64,000 nucleotides of DNA, from NCBI GenBank assembly GCA_038210015.1, contig JBBQXB010000010.1, positions 4,082 through 68,081 on the forward strand, written 5' to 3'. Made by a program: the position numbers and the translations under genes. Origin of the DNA: Tepidisphaerales bacterium (GTDB lineage Bacteria; Planctomycetota; Phycisphaerae; Tepidisphaerales; Tepidisphaeraceae). A model generated the notes under the pieces. It did not search any database. It saw only the letters and a program-made list of their open reading frames with translations, and was not told the origin of the DNA. Shown here piece after piece: positions 9,828 to 18,613 of the stretch; position 1 is the first letter of the stretch; every line of letters begins with the position of its first letter.

Positions 9828-10107
9828 CGCCCGCCATTTCGGTTGGCCTGACCAATTCTCTGCTTTTTGGGTAGGAAAAGGGATCAACGACATTCACTTC
9901 GTGAATCCGATCACAACCCTAACGTTAGGTTCATTTTCGGGGTCAAAAAAACGTTCATTATCGGAAGCTGAAAATCGGCGAACGCAACTAATGGTGGATC
10001 AAGATAACGCCCGATCACTAGGGACAGATACGAACCGAATGTTATAAAAATGTTCGGGCTTATCCAGTTCGGAGATCAGTTCGGGTTTTGTTTACGGAGA
10101 TTTCACC

Positions 10108-10329
10108 ATGCAGATGAGCTTATTTTACACAGGGTCTGAAACGTCGTCGGCGGTTATTGATCGGCCAGTGTCACGCGTCAGAAAAACGATCGGTACGCAG
10201 ACTCTATCCCACGCGATGATGATCGACCGCCCTGCGCCAATCACGCCCGTGATGCCACGCACACCTGAGCGTTTGCCCGATCCCTCCCGCGAAGAAGAAG
10301 ACCCCGAACGCTGGGACGGCCTGTATTGA
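10108..10329 (+). CDS. small hypothetical protein (73 aa) with an acidic WDGLY C-terminus
   Basis: An ATG is preceded by ACGGAG. I recognised no family. The C-terminus reads EEEDPERWDGLY. Coding status is uncertain. Confidence 0.3.
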   Translation: MQMSLFYTGSETSSAVIDRPVSRVRKTIGTQTLSHAMMIDRPAPITPVMPRTPERLPDPSREEEDPERWDGLY

Positions 10330-10341
10330 TTCTTTTATTGT

Positions 10342-11073
10342 TCACGGGCGAAGCAACGGCGCGAGTACTTCCTTCGCGAATTGATCATCCATCGTGCCGA
10401 TGTGATCGCCAGCGTTGCCGATTTTGATCCAGGCCGGGTCGTAGGGGAATTGTTTGAGTTTGGGGTTGTTCGATGCAAAGCCCACATAGCCGGCGGCATT
10501 AGTTTTCACGCGATCAATCGTGCCGAACGTGCGCGTGCCCAGGCCGAGCACAACGTCATCGAATTCGCTATAAAAAGAATAGGCACGGCGGGTGTGGGCG
10601 AGTGCTTTGTCGAGGTCGTAGTCCGCAGACAGTGCGGCTGCCAGCATGAGCAAGGTGTCGATCTTTGCATCAGCAGGTAGATATTCCAGCGTCCAGACTG
10701 CGATGCCCGTTCCGCCGGAATGAGCGGTGAGGATGATTCGGGTTCGCGGATCATCACGATAGATTTTAGTGATACGCTCTGCCAGCAACTTCGCCTGCTG
10801 TTTATTAAGATCGAGTTTGCCGAGCGCCAGAATGCCGCGATTTTCACCGGTCCAATCGATGATTTCGGCATTCGTTGCAACATTTCCTTCGACCAAGCCC
10901 TTGATCAGCCGTCGGTCAATCGACATTTCCCCTGCGATGCCCGGCAAATGAAACAGAACCGGCGGCGGCGGTGGTGAGGCTCGTTGCGATGCCGGGGGCG
11001 CACTTGATGGCTGGCAGCCGCTGATCGCCATCAATAAAATCAGAACGACAATGTTCGGATATCGCATGGTCAT
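10342..11073 (-). CDS. lipoprotein with an alpha/beta-hydrolase-like fold
   Basis: Lipobox LLMAISGCQ and a nucleophile-elbow-like LTAHSGGTG. Confidence 0.5.
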   Translation of the reverse strand: MTMRYPNIVVLILLMAISGCQPSSAPPASQRASPPPPPVLFHLPGIAGEMSIDRRLIKGLVEGNVATNAEIIDWTGENRGILALGKLDLNKQQAKLLAERITKIYRDDPRTRIILTAHSGGTGIAVWTLEYLPADAKIDTLLMLAAALSADYDLDKALAHTRRAYSFYSEFDDVVLGLGTRTFGTIDRVKTNAAGYVGFASNNPKLKQFPYDPAWIKIGNAGDHIGTMDDQFAKEVLAPLLRP

Positions 11074-11182
11074 ATTGTGCGCCGCTTTGGAACAAGAAAC
11101 GAGTCGCGATGAGAGATTTGAATCATTTGATTGCTAAGGTAGGCTTGCGGGTACAGTTCATATTAAAACAGTTGGAGAAAAG

Positions 11183-12379
11183 ATGCCGACCATTCGTGAC
11201 TTGAAAGTGATCGTGACCGCTCCGGCGGGTATTCCGTTGGTGGTGGTGAAAATTGAGACATCCGAACCGGGGCTTTACGGGCTTGGCTGCGCGACATTCA
11301 CGCAACGATATGAAGCCGTGCGCACTGCCGCGGTCGAGCATTTGCGACCGCTGGTGATGGGCAGGGACGTGCATCAGATTGAAGAGATTTGGCATCTTTG
11401 CATGAATAACGGTTACTGGCGCAACGGGCCGGTATTAAATAACGCAATTGCGGGAATCGACATCGCGTTGTGGGACATTAAAGGCAAGCTGGCGAACATG
11501 CCGGTGTATCAATTGCTTGGGGGAAAATATCGCGAAGCGGCAGCGGTCTATCGACATGCGGGCGGGAAGGATATCAAGCATATCGCTGAATCGGTTCAAC
11601 GATATGTCGAGTCCGGCGTGCGGCACGTGCGCATCCAAGCCAGCGGATACGGCGGTGTGGGTGGCGACCTTGCCCGACCGAAAAATGCGCAACCCGGCAG
11701 CTATTACGACCCGCGAAGCTACATCCGTAAAACCCTCGAAATGATCGAATATGTCCGGACCACAGTCGGTGCGGAAGTTGAGCTGATGCACGATATCCAT
11801 GAACGCTTGCCCCCGGTGCTGGCGGTCGATTTTGCGAAACAGATCGAACAGTATCGGCTGTTTTTCCTCGAGGACGCGCTTGCCCCGGAAGATATTGAAT
11901 GGTTTGCCAACATTCGCCAGACCTGCACCACGCCGTTGGCGATGGGGGAATTATTTAATCATCCTCGCGAATGGACGCCTTTGATCACTGGCCGCTTGAT
12001 TGATTACATCAGGATGCACATCACCCAGATGGGCGGGCTGACGCCGGCGCGGAAGGTCGCGATACTTGCGGAGTTGCACGGCGTGCGTACTGCGTGGCAC
12101 GGGCCAGGCGATGTGTCTCCGGTCGGCCATGCCGTCAATCTGCATCTGGATCTGGTCAGCGCAAACTTCGGCATCCAAGAGTTTTCAGCCTTCACATCCG
12201 AATCGATCGAAGTCTTTCCCGGTTCGCCAGAACTGATTGGCGGATATCTCTATCCGAATGACAAACCGGGATTCGGGATCGACATAGACGAAGCGAAAGC
12301 CGCGAAATATCCGTGCGTGAATAAGGTCGTCGAATGGACGCAGGCGCGGCTTCCTGATGGCGGGCTGCATCGCGCGTAG
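11183..12379 (+). CDS. enolase-superfamily sugar-acid dehydratase (D-mannonate / D-galactonate dehydratase family)
   Basis: The N-terminus IRDLKVIVTAPAGIPLVVVKIETSEPGLYGLGCATF is typical of ManD/RspA-type proteins. The DIHERL and EDA metal-ligand regions are present. Confidence 0.8.
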   Translation: MPTIRDLKVIVTAPAGIPLVVVKIETSEPGLYGLGCATFTQRYEAVRTAAVEHLRPLVMGRDVHQIEEIWHLCMNNGYWRNGPVLNNAIAGIDIALWDIKGKLANMPVYQLLGGKYREAAAVYRHAGGKDIKHIAESVQRYVESGVRHVRIQASGYGGVGGDLARPKNAQPGSYYDPRSYIRKTLEMIEYVRTTVGAEVELMHDIHERLPPVLAVDFAKQIEQYRLFFLEDALAPEDIEWFANIRQTCTTPLAMGELFNHPREWTPLITGRLIDYIRMHITQMGGLTPARKVAILAELHGVRTAWHGPGDVSPVGHAVNLHLDLVSANFGIQEFSAFTSESIEVFPGSPELIGGYLYPNDKPGFGIDIDEAKAAKYPCVNKVVEWTQARLPDGGLHRA

Positions 12380-12389
12380 GCTGGCATGT

Positions 12390-13493
12390 TTAGATGGAAG
12401 ATTCGCGTGCGTGTACGACCGGGTCAACGTAGGTGTGATCGACCCACTGGCCGTTAATGAGATTCATCAACGCATCAACCGCCAGCTCTGCACGACGGGC
12501 ATCGACTTGAGATATCGAACTCAGCGGCACGAGGAAAAAATCGCAGAACGGGGACTCATCAACCCCAATCAGACGCACCTGTTCGGGCACTTTGATGCCA
12601 TGCCGCATCAACACTTTGAAAACCCCAGTGATGAGTTGATCTGATTGTCCAAACACTGCGTCAAATTGGATACCCTTGCTTAACCAGTGTTCCGCCGCTT
12701 TCACGCCGGACTCGACGGTGTAGGTGTTGCATCGGTAGACCAAAGCTTCATCGAACGCCACACCTCGATCCGCCAGCGCTTGCACATAACCATCAAAGCG
12801 CCCGCGATTATCCTTTTGTGCGACGTGCGCGATTCTTCGGCAACCTTTATCCAGCAAGTGGGTCGTCGCGAGGTAACCGATGCGAACTTGATTAATGCCG
12901 ATGTTCGGGATGTCGGGATGAATCGGACCATCGTGAATACTGACGATGGGAAGATTCTGGCGACTGGCTTCGCGCAGGGCTTGCATGATTTCCGGATGCG
13001 GAACGCCACCAAGGATCAACCCATCGACCGCATTGCTGTGCGCGATCGGGAGGATGTCGTTCAGTTCGGCGAGCGTGTGATAGTATTGCAACACCAATCG
13101 TTGCTTGATCTTAGAAGCCGATACCGAAACACCTTCAACCATTGCGGCGGTGATGTTACTACCCGCAACGCCGTGACGATGAATGAACACGCCGATCGCG
13201 TTTTGCCTTCCATCACAAAGCGACGTAGCGGTTGCATTCTTTTGATAATTTAACTCTTGCGCCTTGGCGTTGATCGCCTCGATCATCTGCGCGCTGGCGC
13301 CGGTTGTGCCCAGACGATTGTTCAAAACTTTACTGACAAGCGACACAGAGACTTTCAGTTCGCGGGCAATATCCTGCAATCCGGTTCGACGAACCGGAAC
13401 CGGAACGCGCCTGGAAGATGGGCTGGTTGACTGAGTGGTCACACTGTCGCTTATACTATTTTCGGTTGTATTCGCAATGTATTTCATGGGCAA
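12390..13493 (-). CDS. LacI-family transcriptional regulator
   Basis: HTH LQDIARELKVSVSLVSKVLNN followed by a periplasmic-binding-protein-like sugar-binding core. Confidence 0.85.
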   Translation of the reverse strand: MPMKYIANTTENSISDSVTTQSTSPSSRRVPVPVRRTGLQDIARELKVSVSLVSKVLNNRLGTTGASAQMIEAINAKAQELNYQKNATATSLCDGRQNAIGVFIHRHGVAGSNITAAMVEGVSVSASKIKQRLVLQYYHTLAELNDILPIAHSNAVDGLILGGVPHPEIMQALREASRQNLPIVSIHDGPIHPDIPNIGINQVRIGYLATTHLLDKGCRRIAHVAQKDNRGRFDGYVQALADRGVAFDEALVYRCNTYTVESGVKAAEHWLSKGIQFDAVFGQSDQLITGVFKVLMRHGIKVPEQVRLIGVDESPFCDFFLVPLSSISQVDARRAELAVDALMNLINGQWVDHTYVDPVVHARESSI

Positions 13494-13511
13494 TTTGAGC
13501 GATTCGCGCTA

Positions 13512-14456
13512 TCAACGCCACGCTAATGACGTCTTGGTCAGATTCATTTTATGCTTGGGATCAAGCGTATTGACGACGACCTCCGCACCGGTATCGGACA
13601 GATTCCAATCGGTCCAGGCGCTAGTCTGGTCATTTCCAAACACATACGCAACTGCGGGCAGGTTAATCAGATGAAGGCCGTTCTCAATTTTGATTTCCCA
13701 CTTGTGTAAGTGCCCATAGATCAATGCTTTGACTTGTTTGCGGGGCAAGAGGATTTCCATCAACGCCGCGCCGTCGACGATCCCAGCGACCTTTGCAGGT
13801 TTGGGCGCTCCTGCGGCAGCGGGTTGCGTCGCTGAGGCAAGCCGCTCGGGGTTGTGATGCGTCATCACCAACACAGGCTTGGTGGCGCGATCAGGGGTAT
13901 CGAGAAACGCAGTTAGCCATTTGAGCTGCGCTTCGCCGAGCTTGCCAGGCGTGACATTGGTTTGATCCAGCGTATCCAGCACAATCCACGTCGCGTGAGC
14001 CGATTCGACGACCGTTACCTGTCTGCCTTCGACAACCTTTACGCCTGCTGGTACAGCGTTCCAGAAATTGTCGCGCTGATCGTGGTTGCCCAATGACAGA
14101 TGCACTGGCACGTCGGCATCGAGCACGGGTTTGAGCGTTGCGAGAAGCTGCTTGTAGTCATCGGGTTGACCGTCTTTGAGCGCCAGATCGCCGTTGATGA
14201 ATAAGGCAGCGGGTTTGGTTTTACCGATTATGAACGCCGCTGCGACCGCTGCGGTGAGATTGTCGGTCATGTTCGCGCCGCGTTCGATTCGTTTTGGATC
14301 GGCGGCGATGTGCGTGTCCGAAAATAACACGAATCGTTCGCGTGCCTCAGCGGGCTTCTCCTGACCCCACGCATCGCTTATCAACACCCCGGCGCCCAAC
14401 GCCAGCGTGCTTTGCAAAAAACGACGACGCGAAAGCGGCATCAATGTAATAGCCAT
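13512..14456 (-). CDS. Tat-exported metallophosphoesterase (calcineurin-like)
   Basis: Twin-arginine signal LSRRRFLQSTLALGAG. Motifs are SDTH, GDLA, GNHD and HH. Confidence 0.75.
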   Translation of the reverse strand: MAITLMPLSRRRFLQSTLALGAGVLISDAWGQEKPAEARERFVLFSDTHIAADPKRIERGANMTDNLTAAVAAAFIIGKTKPAALFINGDLALKDGQPDDYKQLLATLKPVLDADVPVHLSLGNHDQRDNFWNAVPAGVKVVEGRQVTVVESAHATWIVLDTLDQTNVTPGKLGEAQLKWLTAFLDTPDRATKPVLVMTHHNPERLASATQPAAAGAPKPAKVAGIVDGAALMEILLPRKQVKALIYGHLHKWEIKIENGLHLINLPAVAYVFGNDQTSAWTDWNLSDTGAEVVVNTLDPKHKMNLTKTSLAWR

Positions 14457-14549
14457 GCCCGTTCTCCTATATCAGGGAATCATATCGTCGCCACAAAAGA
14501 TTGCACCTGTATTTTATTTATACGATAGAACAAGTTTTGCGACAGCGGT

Positions 14550-14933
14550 TTAATCGGGTGGCAGTCGAGACGGGTGATCGACCTGTTCTGTGACAGTATT
14601 GGATTGGTTGAGGATGAGCACCCGCGCCTGATGGTGATCGATTTCGGATTCGCTGACCCATTCGAACGCCATGATGATGACCCGATTGCCTACACGAGTC
14701 AGGCGTGCCGCGGCACCGTTGACGCCAATCACGCCGCTTCCGGCTTCGCCGGGGATGATATAGGTCTCAAACCGATTCCCGTTCTCACAGTCGGCGATTA
14801 AAACCGCTTCGTTGGGTCGTAAACCCGCACTGGCGAGCAATCGTGAGTCGATGGTGATACTTCCGTGATAATTCACATCGGTGAAGGTCACGCGGGCTTG
14901 ATGCAGTTTGGCGCGTAGCAGTTTGCGAAACAT
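14550..14933 (-). CDS. panD: aspartate 1-decarboxylase
   Basis: MFRKLLRAKLHQARVT..NYHGSITID, including the GS self-processing site. Confidence 0.9.
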   Translation of the reverse strand: MFRKLLRAKLHQARVTFTDVNYHGSITIDSRLLASAGLRPNEAVLIADCENGNRFETYIIPGEAGSGVIGVNGAAARLTRVGNRVIIMAFEWVSESEIDHHQARVLILNQSNTVTEQVDHPSRLPPD

Positions 14934-15025
14934 CGGAAAGGTATATTACCACTGTTCAAATTATCTGCCATGGCTGACCAGATTCAGGATTTGCGACACC
15001 TCGTCACAAAGCCTAATGTTGCGTC

Positions 15026-15691
15026 GTGAACAATACCAATCAACCTTCCCCAACCCAGCAGGCACTGCATGGCCTGCGGGTGGATTATAGCCAGGATGAA
15101 CTGCTCGAATCGTCCGTATCGGAGGATGCGATCGACCAATTTTCACGATGGTTTGAGCAAGCCAAAATCGCGAATTTGCGCGAGCCCAATGCGATGACCC
15201 TCGCGACCGCCGACGCATCGGGCATGCCGGCGGCGCGGATCGTGTTACTGAAGGATTTCGATCAAAATGGGTTTACGTTCTTCACGAATTATCAGAGTCG
15301 CAAAGGTCATGAATTGGCTGCCAATCCGCGGGCGACGCTGCTTTTTTTCTGGGACATGCTCGAACGACAAGTGCGTATCGACGGCACGGTTCAGCCGGTG
15401 ACGCGTGAAGAATCTCGGGCCTATTTTGCATTGCGCCCGCGTGCGGCACAGATCGGCGCGTGGGCATCGTTACAAAGCAGCGTGTTGAAAACTCGCGAAG
15501 AATTGGAACATCGCATTAAAGAGGTTGAAGTGCGTTTTCCCGATGTCGTACCGTTGCCGGATCATTGGGGCGGGTATCGGGTGATTCCGTCGTCGATTGA
15601 GTTCTGGCAAGGCCGCCCCTCGCGGCTGCACGACCGGCTTCGGTACGTCCGAAGCGGCGTCGGATGGTCGATCGAACGTCTGTCGCCGTGA
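15026..15691 (+). CDS. pdxH: pyridoxamine 5'-phosphate oxidase
   Basis: Carries [24 protein letters not shown] and [14 protein letters not shown]. Confidence 0.9.
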   Translation: MNNTNQPSPTQQALHGLRVDYSQDELLESSVSEDAIDQFSRWFEQAKIANLREPNAMTLATADASGMPAARIVLLKDFDQNGFTFFTNYQSRKGHELAANPRATLLFFWDMLERQVRIDGTVQPVTREESRAYFALRPRAAQIGAWASLQSSVLKTREELEHRIKEVEVRFPDVVPLPDHWGGYRVIPSSIEFWQGRPSRLHDRLRYVRSGVGWSIERLSP

Positions 15692-15721
15692 GGGCATTCG
15701 AGATTTATGGCACAGAGAATT

Positions 15722-15752
15722 AGCCACGAATCACACGAATCAATCACGAATA
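15722..15752. repeat. CACGAAT-unit tandem repeat (half element)
   Basis: The sequence is AGCCACGAATCACACGAATCAATCACGAATAG. The same unit recurs inverted near 17708-17730 and as a full palindrome at 52949-53021. Confidence 0.4.
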
Positions 15753-15864
15753 GAAATGCACCTAAAAGAAATGTGATTGGCCAATTGACCACGGCTTGGT
15801 TTGTTGACCCGTGTCACTTTTACAACCAACGCGGATTAAAAAAATTCGCGCCACGTTGCCATCT

Positions 15865-16917
15865 TCATTTGCGTTCATCTGCGTTGATCTGCGGCTTTCT
15901 TGCGTGCTGTTTGCGTTTGATCGCCAGATCAATCGCCATTTCAATCGCTGCGGTCATACTGCCGGGATTCGCGCGGTTGCGGGCTACAATGTCGAACGCC
16001 GTGCCGTGGTCCGGGCTGGTGCGAATGATCGGCAAGCCGACCGTTAAATTGACGGCTTTATCAAACGCCAGCAACTTGACGGGGATCAGTCCCTGATCGT
16101 GATAGAGCGCAACAACCGCATCATACTTGCCATCCCGTGCTGCGATGAAAATAGTATCCGGCGGGTACGGGCCGGTCGCGTCGATTCCCTGCTCGCGCGC
16201 CATGAAAATCGCGGGGGAAATGATGCGCTCTTCTTCATCGCCAAACGCGCCGTTTTCCGAGGCGTGTGGGTTTAATCCGCAGACGGCGATTCGCGGCTTT
16301 TCGATGTCGAACCACTCGACCAGCGCCTTATGAACCATCTCAATAGGATGAAACACCGCGCCGATGTTCAGCCTTCCCCATAATCCCATCAGGGGGATAT
16401 GTGTGGTTGCAAGAATGACCTTCAGCGGACCTCCGGCGAACATCATTGCGTACTGACGGGTGTGGGTTTTCTCGGCGATGAGTTCGGTATGGCCGGGGTA
16501 GTTGTAACCGGCGAGATGCCAGCTTTCCTTGGCGATCGGCGCGGTGACCATCGCGTCGGCGATGCCTTGATTGCAGGCGTCGATGGCGTCGAGGCAGAAC
16601 CGCATGGAGGCGTGTCCGCCGAGTTTCGATGGGCCCCGAACAGTGTTGCCCAGGAGTGAAAACTCGTCAAAGTTGTCATAATCGACGACGACGACATCGT
16701 GGCCGTAATGTTTGAGCTTGCCGTTGAAGGAATCGCGCCACCAGAAGACATCCAATTCCGACAGATCCGCAGCGTAGTGAAGAATTTCGTTGAGGCCGAA
16801 AATGATGAATCGCGCCCGCTGCCTAAGCGCTGGATTGCTCAGCGCTTTGACGATGACCTCCGCACCGATCCCGGCGGGGTCACCCATGCTGATGGCGATG
16901 GTTGGGCGGTCGTGCAT
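15865..16917 (-). CDS. pdxA: 4-hydroxythreonine-4-phosphate dehydrogenase
   Basis: Carries GDPAGIGAEV, GHTE and SPDHGTAFDI. The last ~10 codons (KPQINADERK) are encoded by a decamer repeat element. Confidence 0.9.
   Translation of the reverse strand: MHDRPTIAISMGDPAGIGAEVIVKALSNPALRQRARFIIFGLNEILHYAADLSELDVFWWRDSFNGKLKHYGHDVVVVDYDNFDEFSLLGNTVRGPSKLGGHASMRFCLDAIDACNQGIADAMVTAPIAKESWHLAGYNYPGHTELIAEKTHTRQYAMMFAGGPLKVILATTHIPLMGLWGRLNIGAVFHPIEMVHKALVEWFDIEKPRIAVCGLNPHASENGAFGDEEERIISPAIFMAREQGIDATGPYPPDTIFIAARDGKYDAVVALYHDQGLIPVKLLAFDKAVNLTVGLPIIRTSPDHGTAFDIVARNRANPGSMTAAIEMAIDLAIKRKQHARKPQINADERK
15866..15900. repeat. 10-nt-periodic repeat (ATCTGCGTT units) overlapping the pdxA 3' end
   Basis: The sequence is CATTTGCGTT CATCTGCGTT GATCTGCGGC. 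Related copies lie at 40169-40240 and 58434-58498. Confidence 0.5.
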
Positions 16918-16930
16918 ACTTCAATTCCGA

Positions 16931-17052
16931 GTCCGAATGACGAAAACCGAATGGCGAATAACGAATGAAGCACGAATATCAAATGACCAATGACAAAAGC
17001 CTTTTGGTTTGAAGCATTGATTCGTCATTCGCCATTCGGATTTCGTCATTTG
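16931..17052. repeat. ~120-bp imperfect palindrome built from ATTCGTC/GACGAAT heptads
   Basis: The left arm is CCGAATGACGAAAACCGAATGGCGAATAACGAATGAAGC and the right arm is GAAGCATTGATTCGTCATTCGCCATTCGGATTTCGTCATT. The element fills the ribE-pdxA gap and overlaps the ribE stop codon. Confidence 0.65.
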
Positions 17053-17636
17053 TTCCGCATCTCCATAAACGTCACAATCTGTTTTGCTATCATGTCACAT
17101 TCGAGGTTGAAAGGCCAACCGATTTCTCGCTTTGCGAGGTTGGTGATCGCCAGCGTTGTGGGGATGAGCGTGATATCAAACCTTCTGCCGTGAATCGCCG
17201 CGATGGTGAGGCTGACGCCATCGACGGTGATCGATCCTTTCGGGGCTAGATATTTCGCAAACGCTTCGGGGGCTTCGATGGTGTAACGCCATTCCTGATC
17301 GGTCGCGACTCGGCCGGCCAGCACCGCGGTCGTGTCGATATGACCTTGCACGAAATGCCCGTCGATGCGTCCGCCGGCGCGCAAACTTCGCTCAGCGTTC
17401 AGATGATCTCCGACATGTACCACGCCCAGATTCGTCCTATTCAGCGTCTCGCGAATGCAATCAAAATGTATTTTTCCTGTTTCCAGATGAGCGACAGTCA
17501 AGCAGCAGCCATTGCAGGCGACCGATTCACCGATTGTCAGATCGTCCCACGGATTCGCCACGATCAACCGCCTGCCGCCCACGTGATCGAGTGCAGATAA
17601 GATTTCGAGCGTTCGCTCAATGATGCCGGTGAACAT
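17046..17636 (-). CDS. ribE: riboflavin synthase alpha chain
   Basis: MFTGIIE start and duplicated lumazine-binding halves (CNGCCLTV / VDGVSLTI). Confidence 0.9.
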   Translation of the reverse strand: MFTGIIERTLEILSALDHVGGRRLIVANPWDDLTIGESVACNGCCLTVAHLETGKIHFDCIRETLNRTNLGVVHVGDHLNAERSLRAGGRIDGHFVQGHIDTTAVLAGRVATDQEWRYTIEAPEAFAKYLAPKGSITVDGVSLTIAAIHGRRFDITLIPTTLAITNLAKREIGWPFNLECDMIAKQIVTFMEMRNK

Positions 17637-17870
17637 ATGCGATATTTTAGCGTGGTGACATGAGTATGGAAGCAGGGGGGTGATGAATGAGGAGTGGTGA
17701 AGATCGGGGTTCGTGATTCATGGTTCGTGGGGATGCAGGATGATGACGCAATAACTGACAGCATGGTGCTCTTTCACGACACACTTATCACGTAACAGGA
17801 CTCTACGCGCAGCAAGCTCGCGGCATAACGCGGGCGTGAGTTTGCGCGCTGGATGTTACGCGACAGCACG

Positions 17871-18476
17871 TTACTGCTTGGTCGATTCGAGGCTGATGAT
17901 CATCGTGACTTCATCGCCTAGTCCTTTGCCGATGTAACCGCTGACACCAAAGTCGCTTCGTTTGATCGTAAAAGTGGTTTCAAAACCAATCGTTTCTTTT
18001 CCCTGCACATTCTTACCGTTGCCGGTGTGTTTGAGGGTGATCGTCAGCGGTTTTGTCGTGCCGTGCATCGTGAGGTCGCCGGCGACTTCGTAGGTGGTGT
18101 CATCCACTTTCTTGATACCGGTGCTTTTATAGGTGATGTCGGTGAACTGTTTGGTGTCGAAGAAATCCGGGCCGCGCAGGTGTTCGTCACGGGCTTTGTT
18201 GTTTGTATCAACGCTCTCAGCCTCGACGACGATATTCAATTCAGTTGGCGTATTCGCATCGGTTTTGATTAAACCAGACGCTTTATTGAATCGGCCATAG
18301 AAATTCGCAGTATCGGCATGGAAGATTTTGAACAGAAATGAGCTGTGAATCGCATCGATCGAATAGGACTGCGCCTGCGAAATCGTGGCAAGGGTCAGTA
18401 CGATTAGCCCGGCGAGCGCGAAATTTTTCTGCATAAATGTCCTTCGTTGAAAAGTGATTGGAGGCATTATAGACAC
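17871..18476 (-). CDS. YceI-family periplasmic protein
   Basis: Signal peptide, then IDAIHSSFLFKIFH..NFYGRF and the C-terminal DEVTMIISLE pattern typical of YceI. Confidence 0.8.
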   Translation of the reverse strand: MSIMPPITFQRRTFMQKNFALAGLIVLTLATISQAQSYSIDAIHSSFLFKIFHADTANFYGRFNKASGLIKTDANTPTELNIVVEAESVDTNNKARDEHLRGPDFFDTKQFTDITYKSTGIKKVDDTTYEVAGDLTMHGTTKPLTITLKHTGNGKNVQGKETIGFETTFTIKRSDFGVSGYIGKGLGDEVTMIISLESTKQ

Positions 18477-18613
18477 GCAGCGGCGGAATTTGCCAATGTG
18501 CTTAAATTAAGTTTGCGGACAGTATTTTTGCGTCTCAGCCTGTTTCAGGCGTCAAGTTTTCAACGGATGGTGGGGCATGGTGTATAACCCGTTGCAGAAA
18601 GGCATGAAATCGT

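Noticed and set aside
11074-11182. LacI operator upstream of the sugar-acid dehydratase (TGAATCATTTGATTGC)
   Set aside because: It is only a 5/7 imperfect half-site match and lacks the central CG typical of LacI-family operators. That is too weak to call.
14550-17636. Clustering of cofactor genes (panD, pdxH, pdxA, ribE) as a functional vitamin island
   Set aside because: The genes are on different strands and belong to separate pathways. The adjacency is most simply coincidental housekeeping synteny.
17637-17870. FMN riboswitch upstream of ribE
   Set aside because: The 234-nt leader lacks the conserved FMN-aptamer core sequences. It contains only a CACGAAT-type repeat fragment.
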